A stretch of 64,000 nt of DNA from assembly GCA_043228905.1 (NCBI GenBank), contig JBHGNT010000018.1:7688001-7752000 (forward strand), written 5' to 3'. The notes under the pieces are model-generated. The model had not been told where the DNA came from, did no database searches, and saw nothing but the letters and a program-made list of their open reading frames with translations. A program made the translations under genes and the position numbers. Below are positions 1-12,194 of this stretch, piece after piece (position 1 is the first letter of the stretch; every line of letters begins with the position of its first letter). This DNA comes from Azolla caroliniana. Taxonomy: Eukaryota > Plantae > Polypodiophyta.

Positions 1-749
1 TAGCTAATTACCTATCAATAGTAGTTAGTTAGCTATTTCGAATAACTAGTTAGTTATGATTATATTCTGATGTAGATAATTAGTTGTTGTGGTAGCTAAT
101 TAGTTGATAATAGCTAGTAAGCTATTGGCAATAGCTATTTAGCTATTTCTAGTAGTTAGATAGCTATTGTCATATTCTGATGCTAATTAGAAACGGTTGT
201 AGCTAATTAGCTCATAATAACTAGTTAGCTATTGCCAATAGCTAATTAGCTATTAAGAGTAGCTAATTACCAAATACCAATAGCTAATTAGCTATTAAGA
301 GTAGCTAATTACCAAATACCAATAGCTAATTAGCTATTAAGAGTAGTTAATTAATTATTACAAATAGCTAATTACCTATTACCAATAGCCAATTACCGAT
401 TACTAGTAGCTTGTTAGCTATTTCGAGTAGCTAGTTAGGTATGATCATATTCTGATGTAGCTAATTAGCTATTGTGGTAGCTAATTAGTTGATAATAGCT
501 ATGATCATATTCTTATGTAGCTAATTAGCTATTTTGGTAGCTAATTAGCTGATAATAACTACCTAGCTATTGGTAATAGCTATTTAGCTATTACCAGTAG
601 TTCGTTAGTTATGGTCATATTCTGATGCTAATTAGCAACGGTTGTAGCTAATTAGCTGATAATAGTTAGTTAGCTATTGTGAATAGCTAATTACCTATTA
701 CCAATAGCTAATTAGCTATTATTAGTAGGTAGTTAGCTATTATTAGTAG
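1..749. repeat. Degenerate AT-rich satellite built on palindromic TAGCTAATTAGCTA
   Basis: Dozens of tagctaatta/agctatt units, plus a recurring catattctgatg landmark (~60, 171, 446, 506, 616). Runs off the left edge. Confidence 0.9.
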
Positions 750-1109
750 GATGTCAACAACGAGTTGTCTGTTTCATTTGCCAGAGCTTTTGCATACGTG
801 TATTGCAAAACAACGAAGGAATCTCGTGACCCTGAAATGTACAAGGTACCTTGGGCAATTTATGGTGAGGCATCGGTAGAAAGATGTCGGAAGATGGGGA
901 GCTTGCAACAAAAAATGGCAAGATTTTGGAGTATGGTAGTTGATGATGCAATTGCCGACTCCCAGCAAACCTGCAAGTATACGCCACACCAACACACAAT
1001 CAAAGCCAATGTCGATGATACATGTGAGACATTGATTAGCTATATGCTAAAAAATGTCCGGCCGTAAGTGTACGCCACACCAACACACAATCAAACCCTT
1101 CTCTGTGTT

Positions 1110-3693
1110 GTCGGCCGTAAGTGTATGCTCTGGTGGATGGGGTTCCACTTGGGCGGTGGTTTCGCTGTCTAGTATTGCAGGGGACTCCGCTCGCCATTTC
1201 GTGTTGTTCATCGTAGTGGTAATTTCTGGTGACATGGCCTAAGGCTCCTCTTGTTCGGCAGTATCCGGAATTGGTGTCGCGATGGATTCCTCATTCGTTC
1301 GCGTGCTGCCGGCTTGTGTGATCTGGTGAAACAGGTCCTCCTGACTTTCGCCAAAATCATCTCGTAGCTGCGCCAGTTCTTTGGAATGTTGGTCCGCTAG
1401 CGTGTGATAGTCCTGCGCTAGGTCCTCGCGTACTGCCGCAATTCTTTCCTCATTGAGTTTATAGAGGCCTCGACCGTCTTTCCTCCGATTCTCCCAATCC
1501 TCTCAATACGTATGCAATTCCGCCGCTTGTGTAGCCCACGCCATCCATCCTTTGTCTAGCGTCGCTTTTAATTGCGCCGTAAACCTCTCCCGATTCGTTT
1601 GCAGAAGAATGTGCACGGTGTCTGTTATGGCTTGGCAACGGTTGCGTGTTTCTTCTACAGATTTCTTGAGGTTTGCAATTTCTTGTTGATTAACTGCCGC
1701 CGCTTCCTCATACGTGCTCCTCATACCTGCCCAAAGCTGGGATTCCTTCACATGTAGTTCTTCCAGTTTTCCCATTTCATTGTTCAGGCGGATTTTGAGC
1801 TGATGCCTTCTCTCCTGTTCTCCCACCAGTTACTCGTCGAACCATGCTTTCTTTTTCTCTAATAAGTCTCGGAGTCCCGCAATAGCCGCTTTCGATTTTT
1901 TCACTTCCTCCTGTAATTGGGCATTTCCTTCTTTCGTTCGGGTATGTTGTGCTGTCTCCGCTGCGAGTTTCTATTCAAGGGTCTTCACCGCCTTTCGGCC
2001 ATTGGCCCGGATGTCCTTTTCTCTGTCCGAGGACTGGCGAAGTTCAGCGTGGACGTGGTCAATCTCTGATTCCCCGAGTTGTACAACCTGTTTTGCTTTT
2101 GAGGCAATGGTGGTCTGAGCCTCAATCTCTTCCCTCAGGGCTTCGACGACGTTGGTTCGTGGTGGAGCTGCCTGTTGCGCCGTAGTCGCGTTATTTTCCA
2201 ACTCCACGATGCGTTCATTGGCTATTTGCAGCTCGGCTTGGGTCAGTTTAACCTTTTTCCAGACATTTTTATTTTTCATCGTCATATGCCTAGCACCCAT
2301 ACTGAGCTTTGCTAGTTCCCTATGAACTTCGACAAGGGCCGCGTTTAATGGGGGTAGTTCCATCCCCATTCGGCATATACCGGCGTTCCTCTGTCTGCTG
2401 ACTCTAGCTAACTGGTCCTCATCATCGCTTTCTGTCGTTTGTGTTAATGCGCGCTCGATCATTTGGCGCTCTGCGTGCTCCTCGGCCATTCGTTGTGAGA
2501 CTTTTATCTGCTGCATTGCCAAGAATTCCATGAGTTCAAAAGAGGTTCCGAACTGTAATAGTGCGCCGAATTCACAGGCCATGGCCGGGATGTCTGGATA
2601 AGCCAGGACCTCGCTTTCCGGTTTTCCCTTGTTGTGATTGGTCCGTAATGATCGGCTGTGGTTCCCAGATTACTTCGAAGGTGGTGTTGGGCTCCGTAGC
2701 TGCGGAGCTGTCGCCTACGGTCGTTGTCTCCGCAGCCGCGAGTGGGTCTTTAACTAACCCTCGCCCATCTTTCCTGTCCAACCTCCGCCTTTTCGGCCTC
2801 GGGCTTTCCTGTCGTGGTTCGGTGTTTGGCTCCGGTGCCGCTTCCTCGGTGCGCACCGCTTGTTCTACCTGCGTTGTTCGCGTGTTCGGTTGGGCGGGTT
2901 GGGGTTCATCGTCCCACTCTATGGTGGCTAACTCCGCTAACCTTCGCTTCGCGGATTGAGGTGGCGGCATGGGCTTGTTGGGCTGTGGTGCCGGCTGGCC
3001 TTGGGGTGGGAATAGTACCGTCAGATATTGTTGTATGATAGGCCTGAGCTTTTTTCCTCCTTGATATGCGTGTAGGCCTTCCCTTAACTTCGGCGTTGTG
3101 ATGACCCCCCAATCGACCGTACGCCCTTCAAAGGTATAAATGATGATACCTGACTTCTGCTTGGGCATCCCATATGCGTTTACATGTACGCATCCGACCT
3201 CTAATAGGAATTTGGCGATTTCGCGGAAAAAGGGATCCGGGATCTCCTTCATTCTAAGTGCCTTGGCGAATGACGAATATGGACCGAAATACCTCTGCAG
3301 AGACTCTGCAGGAGGGATTTTGGAATGCCTTTCACCTAGTGATGACAAGTCCAACTTTTTCCAGATGGATGAGTTGGTGACCATGTCGATGTTGAGATTT
3401 CTGGCGATGTCTAGTGCATCAGGGTATGGAGGTGCCTCCGCGACCCTGATGTACCCATCCAAGCATTTCTCCACGAGCCATCGACGCAAGGCGGTAGAGA
3501 TGAATATCGGCATAGTCAGAATAGGCTCGTGGCTAGGGGGTGAATACTGCTGGTGTCGGTGGGCTTGAGCTCTGTGATAGGATGGAGAAGAAGGTGAGGA
3601 AGGGGAGCGATGAGACCGCTGAGAGTTAGGAGGTTGATTTCTGTATTGTGCAAAAAACCTTCTCTTTCCTTCTTTTTGTGGCCTAGGGTTCAT
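1110..3693 (-). pseudogene. Extra (env-like position) ORF downstream of pol; N-terminal plant-transposon-type domain followed by long coiled-coil
   Basis: ORFs 2572-3693, 1971-2582 and 1503-1826 lie in the same orientation as pol. Motif GRTVDWGVI...LRPIIQQYLTVLF; E/Q/K/L-rich C-terminal part. Confidence 0.7.
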
Positions 3694-3878
3694 TGGTCAG
3701 TGAGCCATCGTGGTGCCGTGTGTTCTTGATCTAGAAGTGTGTGCATGCCTTAAGTCCTTTTAACAGTGTCGTTATCTTCTCTTCTTTTCTTTTTTTTTTC
3801 TTTTTTTTCTTTTTTTTTTCTTCGCAACGGTTACATACAAGCCTATTTTTACACTATAATACAAGTGGGGCCGTCTAC

Positions 3879-5305
3879 TTACTCTGCGGATTCTCCGGCT
3901 TTGTCTTGCCCCGCGGGGAACGGGTTAAGTGGCGTAGGTCCTAGATAAGGTTTAAGGCGAAACCCATTTACTTTTTGTCGTAACACTTCCTCGACCAACG
4001 TGCCTAGTTGAAACGTGCCTTGTTCCGCTCCTACTATCCAGTACGGGCCTGTCCAGTGGAATCGTAATTTTCCTGGCATGTGCCGCATGCGGGTTTGGAA
4101 AACCAGTACCACTCTACCGACCGCAAAATCCTTTTCCCATGCGTTCCGATGTCGATCTACAAATGCTTTACGTCGTCGTTGTTCCTGCTCCAACACAGCC
4201 ATGTTGTGTACGTGTTTTTCATTGAGTTCGAGTAGTTGGTGCAGTTGTACTTCCTCCGACTTGGCTTCAAATAGTCGGTCCCATACTGGAATCTGTAAAC
4301 TGGGTATCTGAAACTCAACCGACATAACGACCTCTAGCCCAAACGCTAGTCAAAACGGTGTTGACTGTATGCTGGTTTTGTAGTTGGTCCTGTACGCCCA
4401 TAACGCACTATGTAATTTGGTATCCCAGTCCATTCTATTTTCATTGATGGTTTTCTTTAATATGGTCTGTAATGTCTTGTTGGTGGATTCCGCCAACCCA
4501 TTCGCCTGTGGGTAATATGGCGTACTCTTCTTGTGGACCAAGGCGTAATGATGTGTTAGTTCACGCACCACCGTATTGAGAAAGTGGCTCCCCTGATCGT
4601 TGATAAGCTCTATCGAACAACCGAACCGACACCCGATGTGTTCGTAAAGGAATCTCGTCATGACAGCCGCCGTATTCTCCCGTAGTGCCTTTGCTTCTAC
4701 CCACTTGGTGCAATAATCCGTGGCCACCAATATGTATTTATTGCCCGTACGGGCCGTCGCTGGTGTGAAGGGGCCTACAAAATCCAATCCCTACTTTTGG
4801 AAGGGATCTAACGGCAATACGGGCTGGTGTGGCATTCTTGCGCCCTCCGTGGGTTGGCCCATCCGCTGACACAAATCACACTTTTTGCATTAATCATACG
4901 CATCCTTCTGTGTAGTTGGCCACCATAGGCCTGCTTGCCATATTTTCCGGGCCGTAACATCGCCCGCGTAATGTCTGCCTGCCGTGCCGCAGTGAGCCTC
5001 CTGTAAGACCGCTTCTTTCTCATCCTGATGTACACCACATTGCCAAATGCCATCACTGCCTTTGTGATATAAGATCCCTTCTACCAGGTAGAAGTTACGG
5101 CCCCGGACGGCTGATCGTTTCTTCTCGTCCGTGCGTAATTGCAGTGGGGGCAGCCCCGTAGTCAAAAAGTAGGTCATTTCCATGAACCACCGGTCCGGAA
5201 AGGTCTTTTTCGTTTGTTCTGTTAGTGCTGCATCTGGAAAGTTGTCATCATCCCTCTGCGCCATTTCTCCATTATCGAGTCTGCTCAGAAAATCTGCCAC
5301 TGCAT
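3879..5305 (-). pseudogene. Ty3/gypsy integrase (zinc-binding, core, GPY/F domains), broken by stops
   Basis: ORFs 4890-5471 (part), 4350-4787 and 3879-4325 are collinear pieces. Confidence 0.9.
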
Positions 5306-6082
5306 TGTCGAGGACCACAGGGGTCTTGAACTGAGGAATCAGGGAAACAAGAAGGGAGGCGTTTGAGAATCGTGTAGGTCTTGAGACCACGGGAAAACAG
5401 GTAAGGCTAGCAATCAAGAGAGTGTAAAGAGTCACACGTAGACGCAAACATGGGCAACACACTGAGAGCAATGTTTGTTAGATAAAGAAGGTTCCTATTA
5501 AACACCTCAACTGCACAGTGCGGTGGGTGGCTACAGCCGGATCAGAGCCGGTGATGGAGCGTAGAGCTCGGTAAACAACACAGGTGCACAATGCAGTGGC
5601 TGATTACAACCGGATCAGAGCCGGTGATGGAGCGTAGAGCTCGGTAAACAACACAGGTGCACAGTGCGGTGGGTTGGCACGCTAAAGATCGATCCCCCTA
5701 GCCGGGAGCACTCGGGCATCCCACGCGTGCAGGGGAAGCACCTTCCAATGATCGGTCCTCCCCCTTTTCTCTGTATCTCCACTCCTCTCTTCTCAATGGC
5801 ATCCCCCAAGACAGTCGAAGGTCGCCCCCTTTATATCAAAAGGAGTGACCGTTACAAGCATTCATGACCTGTCGCTTTCCCTTCCTAGATTCTCTCCCCT
5901 CGTAACTCTCCCTAAATATGCCATATCTATTTCTTCTTTAATGCCCTAACTACCTAGTACCCCTCTGTATACTCATGCCTAGTACTTTCCCTAGTTAATT
6001 CTCTCGAGGCATGCACTTGCGTAAACCGGCGTTCTTGCGCGTTTCACCTTGTTTCTACCTACGGCTCGGAATCTTCACGACA
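5306..6082 (-). repeat. 3' LTR of gypsy G1
   Basis: TGTCG...CGACA termini. PPT (minus GGTTTGGTGGGGGTGGA) at 6083-6099. ~75-bp internal tandem duplication at 5512-5675. Confidence 0.85.
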
Positions 6083-9000
6083 TCCACCCCCACCAAACCG
6101 CACATCCTAGTGGAGGATTCCGGGCCATTGGTTACTCGTCCTCCTTTCCTGAGCTGGCGCTTTCGGCTCCCAGGACCGGTTCCTCCTCGTTCCGTCTCTT
6201 GAAGGCTTTTATCCGCTTCCCGGCCACCGGAGTCGTTATTCGCGTGCCGTCGAGCTCCGCGAGATGATACGTGGCGCTATTTTCTATGTACGGTCCGAAC
6301 CAACGATTTGCAAACTTGCGTGTAGACCTATGCTGGTTGTCGAGGCTGCTGTTGTAGACTAACACCCAATCACCTTCCTCGATCTTCCTTGGCCGGAGTC
6401 GGTGCGTTCGGTCGAATTGGTCTTTGTTTCGGATCCGCTCTTCTTTCACCTTTGTCGTGGCTCGTCCCACGTCTTCCGGTCTTCGCTTGAGTTGCCGGAT
6501 TCGTGCCACTAGCAGCTCCTCTTTGCTCCTTTCGTTAGACCAATCAATTGCCGTCCACAAGGCGATCGTTCTCTCAACTGGCATGATGGGTTTTTGTCCG
6601 TACATTAGTTCCGCCGGCATGTACCCTGTCACCGAACTGTGGGTGGTCCTGTCCGCCCACAACGCGTATGGGAGCAACCTCGGCTAGTTTCCGACTCGAC
6701 CTTCACACGTGCATACAATGGCCTTTACGATCGGACTGTGGCCACATTCAAGCTTTCCATTTGCCTCCGGGTTGTATGACGTTGTGAGGGACAGTTTTAC
6801 GCCTAACCGATCGAACAGTTCCTCGGCCTCTTCCGCGTCTAGCTCTCCTTGGTCAGCCATGATTTTCCCCACGCACCTGTATCGGCATATGACATCCTCG
6901 ATCAGAAACTTACATATTGTCGTAGTGGTCTTGTTCGTTAGTGCTCGTCCCTCTACCTGGTTGGTTAGGTCCTCTCTAGCCAGCACTCGGTATCGTTTCT
7001 GCCCTTCGCCCATCGGCATCGTAACTAAGTCAACCATCCACTTGAAGTGCACGGTAGTTCGTCACGGTGCCGAACCACCGAGTGCATCTGGCAGCTTTCG
7101 CATGTAGACACGAAGTCGTGCACGCTCTTGTACATGCCCGACCACCAGTATTTTTCCTTTAACTTCTCGAATGTAGCCCATGTACCCCGGTGTCCAGACC
7201 AAGGGCTCTCGTGGAACTCCGACATCAACTTCGGTTGGTCATCCGTCCGTGCTATTACCCGGAGCGGCGCGTCGTTTTGCATTTTTGGGACCTTCCAGAT
7301 TTTCCCATTCCGTAGGAAATATCTGTACGCGCTCTTCCGGAGCTGTCCGGCCTCCTTCCTAGTCATTGAGACGTTCGCCATCATTGTCTTCAGAAACTTC
7401 TCGATTAGAAGCCATTCTCCGTCGTAGCCATCTTCATCGAATTCATTCACTGGCGGAGTGCTTCGTCTTTTTAAATTCATCCTCGCCGACTTCTTCGTTC
7501 TCCAATACCATGCCGTCCTCGTCCTCAAATCTTGCTCTAGAAAGCATGTCGGCCATGGCGTTGTCTTTACCCAAGATGTGCCGTATCTCCGTGTTCAGGG
7601 ACTTGATGTACGCAATCCACCTGAGCATGGCCAGGTCGGGGGTCGCGCATCCGGAGAGCATACCGAGAATCAGCAAGCACTCCGTTTTGATAATTTCTTC
7701 TGTCCCGATTAGGTAATCTTTGTCGACCTTAACCGCCGGAACGATACCCCACAGCTCGCGCTTGACTTGGGCGTACCCTCGGTGTCACTCACTCAGCACC
7801 TTCGCACCGAACCGGATAGGGAAGCGGGTGCCGTCTACGTCCTCTTGATTTACACCCCACCCGATCCTAGTCGGGCTGGTGTCCACAGTGATGTAGACCG
7901 GAGTTCCCGATGCATATTCCGCTTTGCATAAAGCCGGTGCCGCGGCAAGCGTTCGTTTTAGTTTCAGGACCACCTCCGTATGTTCCTTTGTCCATTTGAA
8001 TTTCCTATTCTTCTTCAGCAGGCCGTAGAGTGGTTCAGCGACGCGCGTGTAATGAGGGATCCATATGTGGTAGAAGGCGCATGCTCCCAGGAACCGCCGG
8101 ACCTCCGTGATGGACCCGCACACCTCCTTCATTGCCGAGATGGCCTCTACCTTGGTTGGTGATGGCTTTCGGTCGTACGGCCCACATAGGTGGCCAACCA
8201 CTAATATCTCCGGTTGTCCGAAAGCCGACTTTTCGCCCAAGAAGGTAAGCCGCGCGCCCTCGAGGCTTTGTAGTATCTTCTCACAGTCGAAGGTGTGGTC
8301 TGCGACAAACCTTCAGCACCCGTCCGCACCGATCGACTCATCCTTGGTGTCCTTCGGACACCCCTTGATAGGGATGTCCTTTAGGAAAGGCATGGTAATG
8401 TCCGGAATGTAGTCCCTCAGAACTCTATTCATAGCATTCACCATGTGTGCAACCGAGTTGGTTCCTCCTTCTAGTAAGGTGCACATCCGAACTAGACCGA
8501 GAGGGGTTCGCATCGTCGTGATGTCCCTGCTTTCCACAGCCAGTTGGAATTGGTCGTACCCTAAGTAAAGGTCTCTGATCGAGTATATGGACCTTCCAGC
8601 GAAGGCTTCCGCGAACTCATCGATCGACGGTCCGACTCCCGTATTGCGGATGGTCACTTTGTTGACCGATTGTAAGTCCTGGGTGAACCGCAGTGTACCG
8701 TTCTTCTTCAGTTAGAATAGGGGGCACTCGGCGGTTCGAGGATGCCCAACTCTACTTTCTGTTTAAGGAGCTCCATCAGCAACAACATGTGAGCCCTCGG
8801 TACTTGGATTGGCTTGAGGCTCCATGGCACGTGCGGTACCGTAAAGATTACCATTGGCTCAACGATGGTCAGGTCGACGCACCCGATCTCTCCTAGTGAG
8901 AATGCAAAGGCCTTTCCGTACCTTTCGAGCATCCTTCTGAACCGATCCTCTTCCGCCGGCAGTAGGAAACCACCCCCTCCAATCTTCAGCTCTCGTAGCA

Positions 9001-9449
9001 TTTTGTTGGTGAAACGGTGCCCTATGCCGGCCGGATCCCGCAAGCTGGGGTCTGTAGTGACCCCCTTTATTCGTTCCCAGCTACCCTCCGGCAAGGGAGC
9101 CGCGACGGGCTTCACCTTCTTGTCCACAGTCTTGTATTTTGTGTCTACTCGGGCGATCCGATGCGCCCGGGTTCCTCTTTCGAAGTCTGCAATGACTTCA
9201 TACATGTCAATAGAGTTGACCGGTATGACTCGGTCTTCGCTTAGACCTCCTTCGACTACCTTCCCGATTTCACCCAGGGTGTCATCGAACGAGACCGCCT
9301 CCACGGCTTCCCCAATTCCTTCGTTGCGGCTCAAGTCTCCACACGCCTTTAAGCGTATCTCGGCCTATTTTCTTTCTCGGCCATTGATGCTGACTATGGT
9401 ACATCCTCCATTGTTAGAGAACAAAACTTTTGCTACCTATTTTACAGGT

Positions 9450-9515
9450 GTGGGGAGCTTTCCGGTTATCTGGACTATCGCGGCCCCACGCCTTGATAGC
9501 CCTTTTTAAAAATCC
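9450..9515 (-). promoter_or_regulatory. Putative -1 ribosomal frameshift signal (G_GAU_UUU + H-type pseudoknot), G1
   Basis: Minus strand GGATTTT TAAAAA GGGCTATC AAGGC GTGGGG CCGC GATAGTCC (16 nt) CCCCAC. Confidence 0.75.
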
Positions 9516-11276
9516 GGCTTGTTATCATTTCCGAGGGTGTCCCGATTTCGTTCATGGTTCTTCCGAACGGTCAAAAATTGAACGGAGTGACGGCCATCCT
9601 AACTTTTTACCCTCGCGTAGGCTGAACCATTGTCCAACACTTTCGTTTCCATTCTAGCCGCCGTGATGTAGGGCTCCCCAAGGATAACCGAGTGAGAGGA
9701 CGTCTCTTGCACGAAAAAGTGTTGGTTTATGTCGGCATCGCCGACGCTCACCCTGACGTTCGGGCAAACCCCGTGTAGCTCTTCCGTGGCTCTTGTAGCC
9801 GCGCGTATCTTCCACCCATGTTTGGTATTGATCGGCCAATTCCCCTTTTTGTAGAAGTCCATGGACATCAGGTTAATTTCTGACCCGTGGTCGATTAACG
9901 CCACCACCGGTTCCTTGACATTCCCGATACGAACCGGGGTTTCTGTAGTAGCTCTTGCCTAGTGCGGTTTGGCGTAGTGGCTCTCCGCGAGCTCGTCTTC
10001 CACGTCTATCTCATCGAGGAGTGCCGCCCTTACCTCAACTGGCTTCTCGGACTCCGGTTCCGTTGCGAGACGCTTTCTCTTCACAAGGTCCACGATGTTG
10101 TCGTGGAACTCCCTTCTTGCTATGCCGAGCACTTCTCTAAGCGTGAGCTCTATGTGATTGTCGAGAACTCGCTCCTCTTCACAAGGTCCACGATGTTGTC
10201 GTGGAACTCCCTTCTTGCTATGCCGAGCACTTCCCTAAGCATGAGTTCTATGTGACTATCGAGAACTCGCTCCTCTAGAACCTTTTGTAGGGTCGTTGTT
10301 TTCTCTATCTCTGAGCTTAAGCGGAAGCTCAGATCCGGTCGGAGCGGCATCGTGCTTTTTGGTTGTGTCATGCCTCCCCGATGGGCCCTCTCTGAAGTAG
10401 TGGGCGGCTTCGACGTGCGAAGCCGCGACTTCTTCCTTTAGCCTCTTCATGCCACCTCGTCCGAAATTCGTGTCGAGCAATCTTCGTGTGTCGCTCGCAT
10501 GTAACCTACCATTTGAAAGGTAGACTGTATTACTCCTGAACACTTCTCTGAAGTCAGCGCATTCTCTCCGTTCATGTCCGGTGGCGTCGCACCATACGCA
10601 CCTCGGATTGGCCGGTGGTCGCTGGTCGCGCGGCTGACCTTCGTCGCTTGGTCAGGCCTGGGCAATCTGGAGGTCGCGCACCATCCTTGTCAGTTCTTCT
10701 AGTTCGGCGCCACTTGCAGGTGCCGCGACTATGTTCGCCGGGGGTGGGCCTAGCTCGAGCCACCTCCTCGTTTCTTCCATTTGGGTCGGCATTGGTTCGA
10801 CCCTGACTTCGACAGCCGGTCCGACTGACAAGGACCCCTTTTCTTTCCAGTCCCGGCCTTTGTCAATCCTACTGCATACTTCTTTGATGGTCACCCAGTC
10901 GGTCGTGAGAGCTCGGTTGGTTTCCAAAAGAAGGCCCACGCTTTCCCGAACACGCGAATCGAAAGATGTCACGAAAAATAGGACTTAGCTTGACATTTCG
11001 AACACGGTTCGGTCCAATCTAGAGAGTCGCGCGAACCGTGACTCGAACTCTTGGAGGAGCACCGAAGCGTTCTGACCCTTGCCGAGGCTTTTGACCCAGT
11101 CCATAAAATCCTTTCTCGATAGCCGGAGTGAGTCATCATAGCTGTACCTCTCGAGAACTTCCTCGGTGAATTCCGCCCAATCGTGACAGCCTACTTGAAT
11201 CTCGACCATCTCTGCATGGATGTGTGGTGTTACGACCCGGGGAAACCCCACTAGCCGTCTATCTTCAGGTATGTTT

Positions 11277-12180
11277 TGTTGGGAGACAGGTCCCTCGGGA
11301 TGGGAAGGGAGAAGAACAGTGCCGACGAACAATCTCGACTGAGGCCGAAATCGGATGAGGAGTACCCGACTACGAAGAGCCGGATGATACAGACCCGGTA
11401 TGAACCGGATGAGGAGTACCTGGCTACGGAGAGCCGGATGGTGCAGACCCGGTATGAACCGGATGAGGAGTACCTGGCTACGGAGAGCCGGATGGTGCAG
11501 ACCCGGTATGAACCGGATGAGGAGTACCTGGCTACGGAGAGCCGGTATGAACCGGATGAGGAGTACTTGGCTATGGAGAGCCGGATGGTGCAGACCCGGT
11601 ATGAACCGGATGAGGACCTCCCGGCTACGGAGATCCGGATGATATAGACCCGGTGAGTACCGGATGAGGAGCACCCGGCTATGAGAGCCGGATGACGCAG
11701 ACCCGGTGCGAACCGGAGGAAGAGACTTATTCGTAAATATGTTTCTGAGAGCCCATCGAGGCTACATTTGTAAATAGCAGTAAAGTCATATTAGTATAAA
11801 TATGACTTAGGGCAAACTTTTAGTTGTGGTTGTTGTCATTTTCTTGTTGGTGCAAGAAGAAGAGGAGAGTACGTAACGTTGTACAGAGAGAGAGAGAGAG
11901 AAAGAGGTCACTGCCTCTGTTGTAACCGTCGCCTGTGGCGAAGATCGTGAGTCCGAGGTCGTTGCCTCCGTGAACTCACTGTGTTTGTACATTCTTACAT
12001 AGTGATAGTTCGCAGCCTGTGGGCTGCCGTGGTTTTTCCCCTAGTTTGAGGTTTTCCACATAAACCTCCTGTGTAATTTTTCCTCTTCTTTGTGTCGCGT
12101 CTTATTACCTGTTTTCTGTGTATCATTCTAAGTTGGGTTGTGGCCGAGCATTGCGCATAAGGACTGTTGAGTTCCCGTCA
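11277..12180 (+). repeat. 5' LTR of copia A1, with ~7 x 54-bp U3 tandem repeats
   Basis: TGTTGGG...CCGTCA followed by PBS. Homologous to 56708-57398. Confidence 0.9.
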
Positions 12181-12182
12181 AG

Positions 12183-12194
12183 TGGTATCAGAGC
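12183..12194 (+). promoter_or_regulatory. PBS, initiator tRNA-Met
   Basis: TGGTATCAGAGC, 2 nt after the LTR. Confidence 0.9.

Larger units (their letters stand above)
1100..5305 (-). mobile_element. 3' part of a non-chromovirus (Athila/Tat/OTA-like) Ty3/gypsy element: integrase plus extra downstream ORF
   Basis: Integrase HHCC, DFVGP...DQGSHF...PQANGLAE and GPY...VNGFRLKPY. Cut at 5306 by the G1 LTR. Confidence 0.85.
5306..11276 (-). mobile_element. Ty3/gypsy G1 (atypical lineage): gag-CCHC-PR / RT-RH-IN, decayed, 5' end lost
   Basis: PR LIDHGSEINLM (9599-9907), RT 7785-8700, IN 6132-7528 with WFGPY. 100-bp tandem duplication at 10077-10275. Confidence 0.9.

Noticed and set aside
10985-11674. 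Repetitive ORFs (YEPDEEYLATESRMVQTR / LLIRFIPGLHHPALRSQV)
   Set aside because: By-product of 54-bp LTR repeats whose length is a multiple of 3.
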